A DNA stretch of 8,329 bases. Origin: Octopus sinensis (lineage: Eukaryota). The translations under genes and the position numbers were made by a program. This document shows positions 6,981 to 8,329 of this stretch, one piece after another. Positions within the stretch are counted from its first letter, which is position 1, and every line of letters starts with the position of its first letter. The stretch is from assembly GCF_006345805.1 (NCBI RefSeq), contig NW_021828471.1, positions 1 through 8,329 on the forward strand, in the 5' to 3' direction. A model generated the notes under the pieces. That model searched no databases, was not told the DNA's origin, and saw only the letters and a list, made by a program, of their open reading frames with translations.

Positions 6981-7107
6981 TAAGACATAACAGATATGTG
7001 TCCCAAAGATGCTCAACCGATTCTCTTACTCAACTTGCTTTAAAATTAGAAAAATGTCAATCGTTTATTTTATTTTACCTTAGAATTTTAGAATTTTATT
7101 TACTGAA

Positions 7108-7408
7108 TTCATTTTATTCATCTTTTATTTGTGTCAGTCGTTGGACCGCGGCCATATTGAGGCACCACCTTGAAGAGTTTCAGTTGAACGAATCGGTCCC
7201 CGTAATTATATTCTAAAGGTGTGGTATGGAGTCTATCGCTCTTTTTTAACGAAGTGCTAAGTTGTGAGAATGTAAAGAAGACAACACCAGTTGTCCAGTT
7301 GTGTTGGGTAGGGGCGACAACTGGTATGTACATATATATATATAATATATAATATATATATATTATATATATATATATATATACGTGTATGTGAGTGTGT
7401 GTGTGTGT
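7108..7408 (-). mobile_element. SINE family B 3' half plus (TA)n/(GT)n microsatellite; no head follows
   Basis: GTCAGTCGTTGGACCGCGGCCATATTGAGGCACCACC..GCTAAGTT..GTAAAG..GGGGCGACAA matches the reverse complement of 3156-3395. Confidence 0.75.
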
Positions 7409-7535
7409 TACAACATATAATACCTCTATATGTCTACTGTGCCTGTTAGAAATAGCAGCCAATGTCCTTCAAAATTATCCATAACATGAGCAATAACAAA
7501 TGTTACAGTTGTAATAACAATATCACAAACATTTA

Positions 7536-7651
7536 TAATGGTTTCAAATTTTTGCACAAGAGGCAGCATTTTGGGAGTGGGGATCAGTCGATAACACCCG
7601 ATGCCAGTATCGACCCCGGAAGGATAAAAAGCGAAGTCGAGTCGACTCAGA
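7536..7651 (-). mobile_element. SINE family A copy 7, 5'-truncated with internal deletions
   Basis: GGTTTCAAATTTTTGCACAAG..AGTCGAT..TATCGACCCCGGAAGGAT..AAGTCGA..ACTCAGA. Confidence 0.75.
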
Positions 7652-7680
7652 TCCTAATAGATTTTTCAAATGAAAACATT

Positions 7681-8123
7681 CTATAATAACGCCTCCTACA
7701 ACTGTAACATCACCAACAACAAAACCACCATCAATAACAACAAACACTTTAATAATAGAACTAGCAGCTACAATAACAACAACAACAATTAGAATTGTTA
7801 TACAATGAGAAATGATGGTTTCAAATTTTGGACACAAGGATGGATATTGAGGGAGGCGGATGAGTCGATTACATCGACCCCGATGTTTCACTGGTACTTT
7901 AATTTATAGACTCCAAAGGATGAAGGTAAATGCGACCCTGGGAGGGATTTGAACTCAGAACATAAAGACGGATGAAATACCACTAAGCATTTCGCCCGGC
8001 GTGCTAACGTTTCTCTTTCGCCAGTTCACTGCCTTAAATACAATGAGAATAACAACATCAAAAAGAACGAACAGCTATAATAGTAACAACAACGACAAAA
8101 CCACCATCAACAACAACAACAAT
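7681..8123. repeat. Degenerate (AAC)/(AAT) tract interrupted by SINE A8
   Basis: AAC-rich on both sides; CAAC(A/G)ACAAAACCACCATCAA(T/C)AACAACA at 7714-7742 and 8090-8118 (27/29 identical). Confidence 0.8.
7812..8037 (-). mobile_element. SINE family A copy 8, full length with 12-bp target-site duplication
   Basis: Flanked by ATACAATGAGAA at 7800-7811 and 8038-8049; B box GAGTTCAAATCC on the minus strand. Confidence 0.9.
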
Positions 8124-8199
8124 CGTTCTTTTCTGGCAGTGTTGGCTCCATTAGTGTCAAGTACCTGCGGCATTAACAACCCTGATTATACCCCGATAC

Positions 8200-8246
8200 T
8201 TTTCTCTCTCTCTTTTCGCCCCACACTCACTCACCCTCTCTCTCTA

Positions 8247-8278
<32 letters not shown>

Positions 8279-8320
8279 GACTTCCCTCACACTGTCCGCT
8301 CCCCTTCTGTATAGCATCTC
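8200..8320. repeat. (CT)n / pyrimidine-rich tract
   Basis: Read directly; source of the SLSL ORF tail. Confidence 0.9.
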
Positions 8321-8329
8321 TTAACCACC

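Noticed and set aside
5556-8037. Repeat-spacer (CRISPR-like) array from the recurring ATCGACCCC and TTTGAACTCAGAAC motifs
   Set aside because: Spacing is irregular and the motifs are internal parts of dispersed SINE copies in eukaryotic DNA.

Overview
AT-rich, repeat-saturated eukaryotic DNA with no intact gene; it looks intronic or intergenic. The repeat families match, from recall and not from a database search, those of octopus (coleoid cephalopod) genomes. Contents: eight copies or fragments of one tRNA-derived SINE (family A here); three heads and three tails of a second SINE with a CORE-like motif and a central microsatellite (family B); two copies of an unclassified repeat (family C); a decayed RTE-type LINE 3' end; a canonical Helitron-type and a DINE-1/Helentron-type non-autonomous element; an approximately 365-bp foldback palindrome; and many microsatellites. 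Family letters are my working labels. The strongest observations are: (1) the RTE fragment has 5'-inversion (twin-priming) geometry with a candidate TTACAT target-site duplication and three tandem C2H2-type fingers; (2) a type I hammerhead ribozyme fold at 1604-1659; (3) the long foldback at 2786-3150; (4) a mirror-image order and orientation of elements about position ~3590. All ORFs in the supplied track other than the two RTE-derived frames look spurious.
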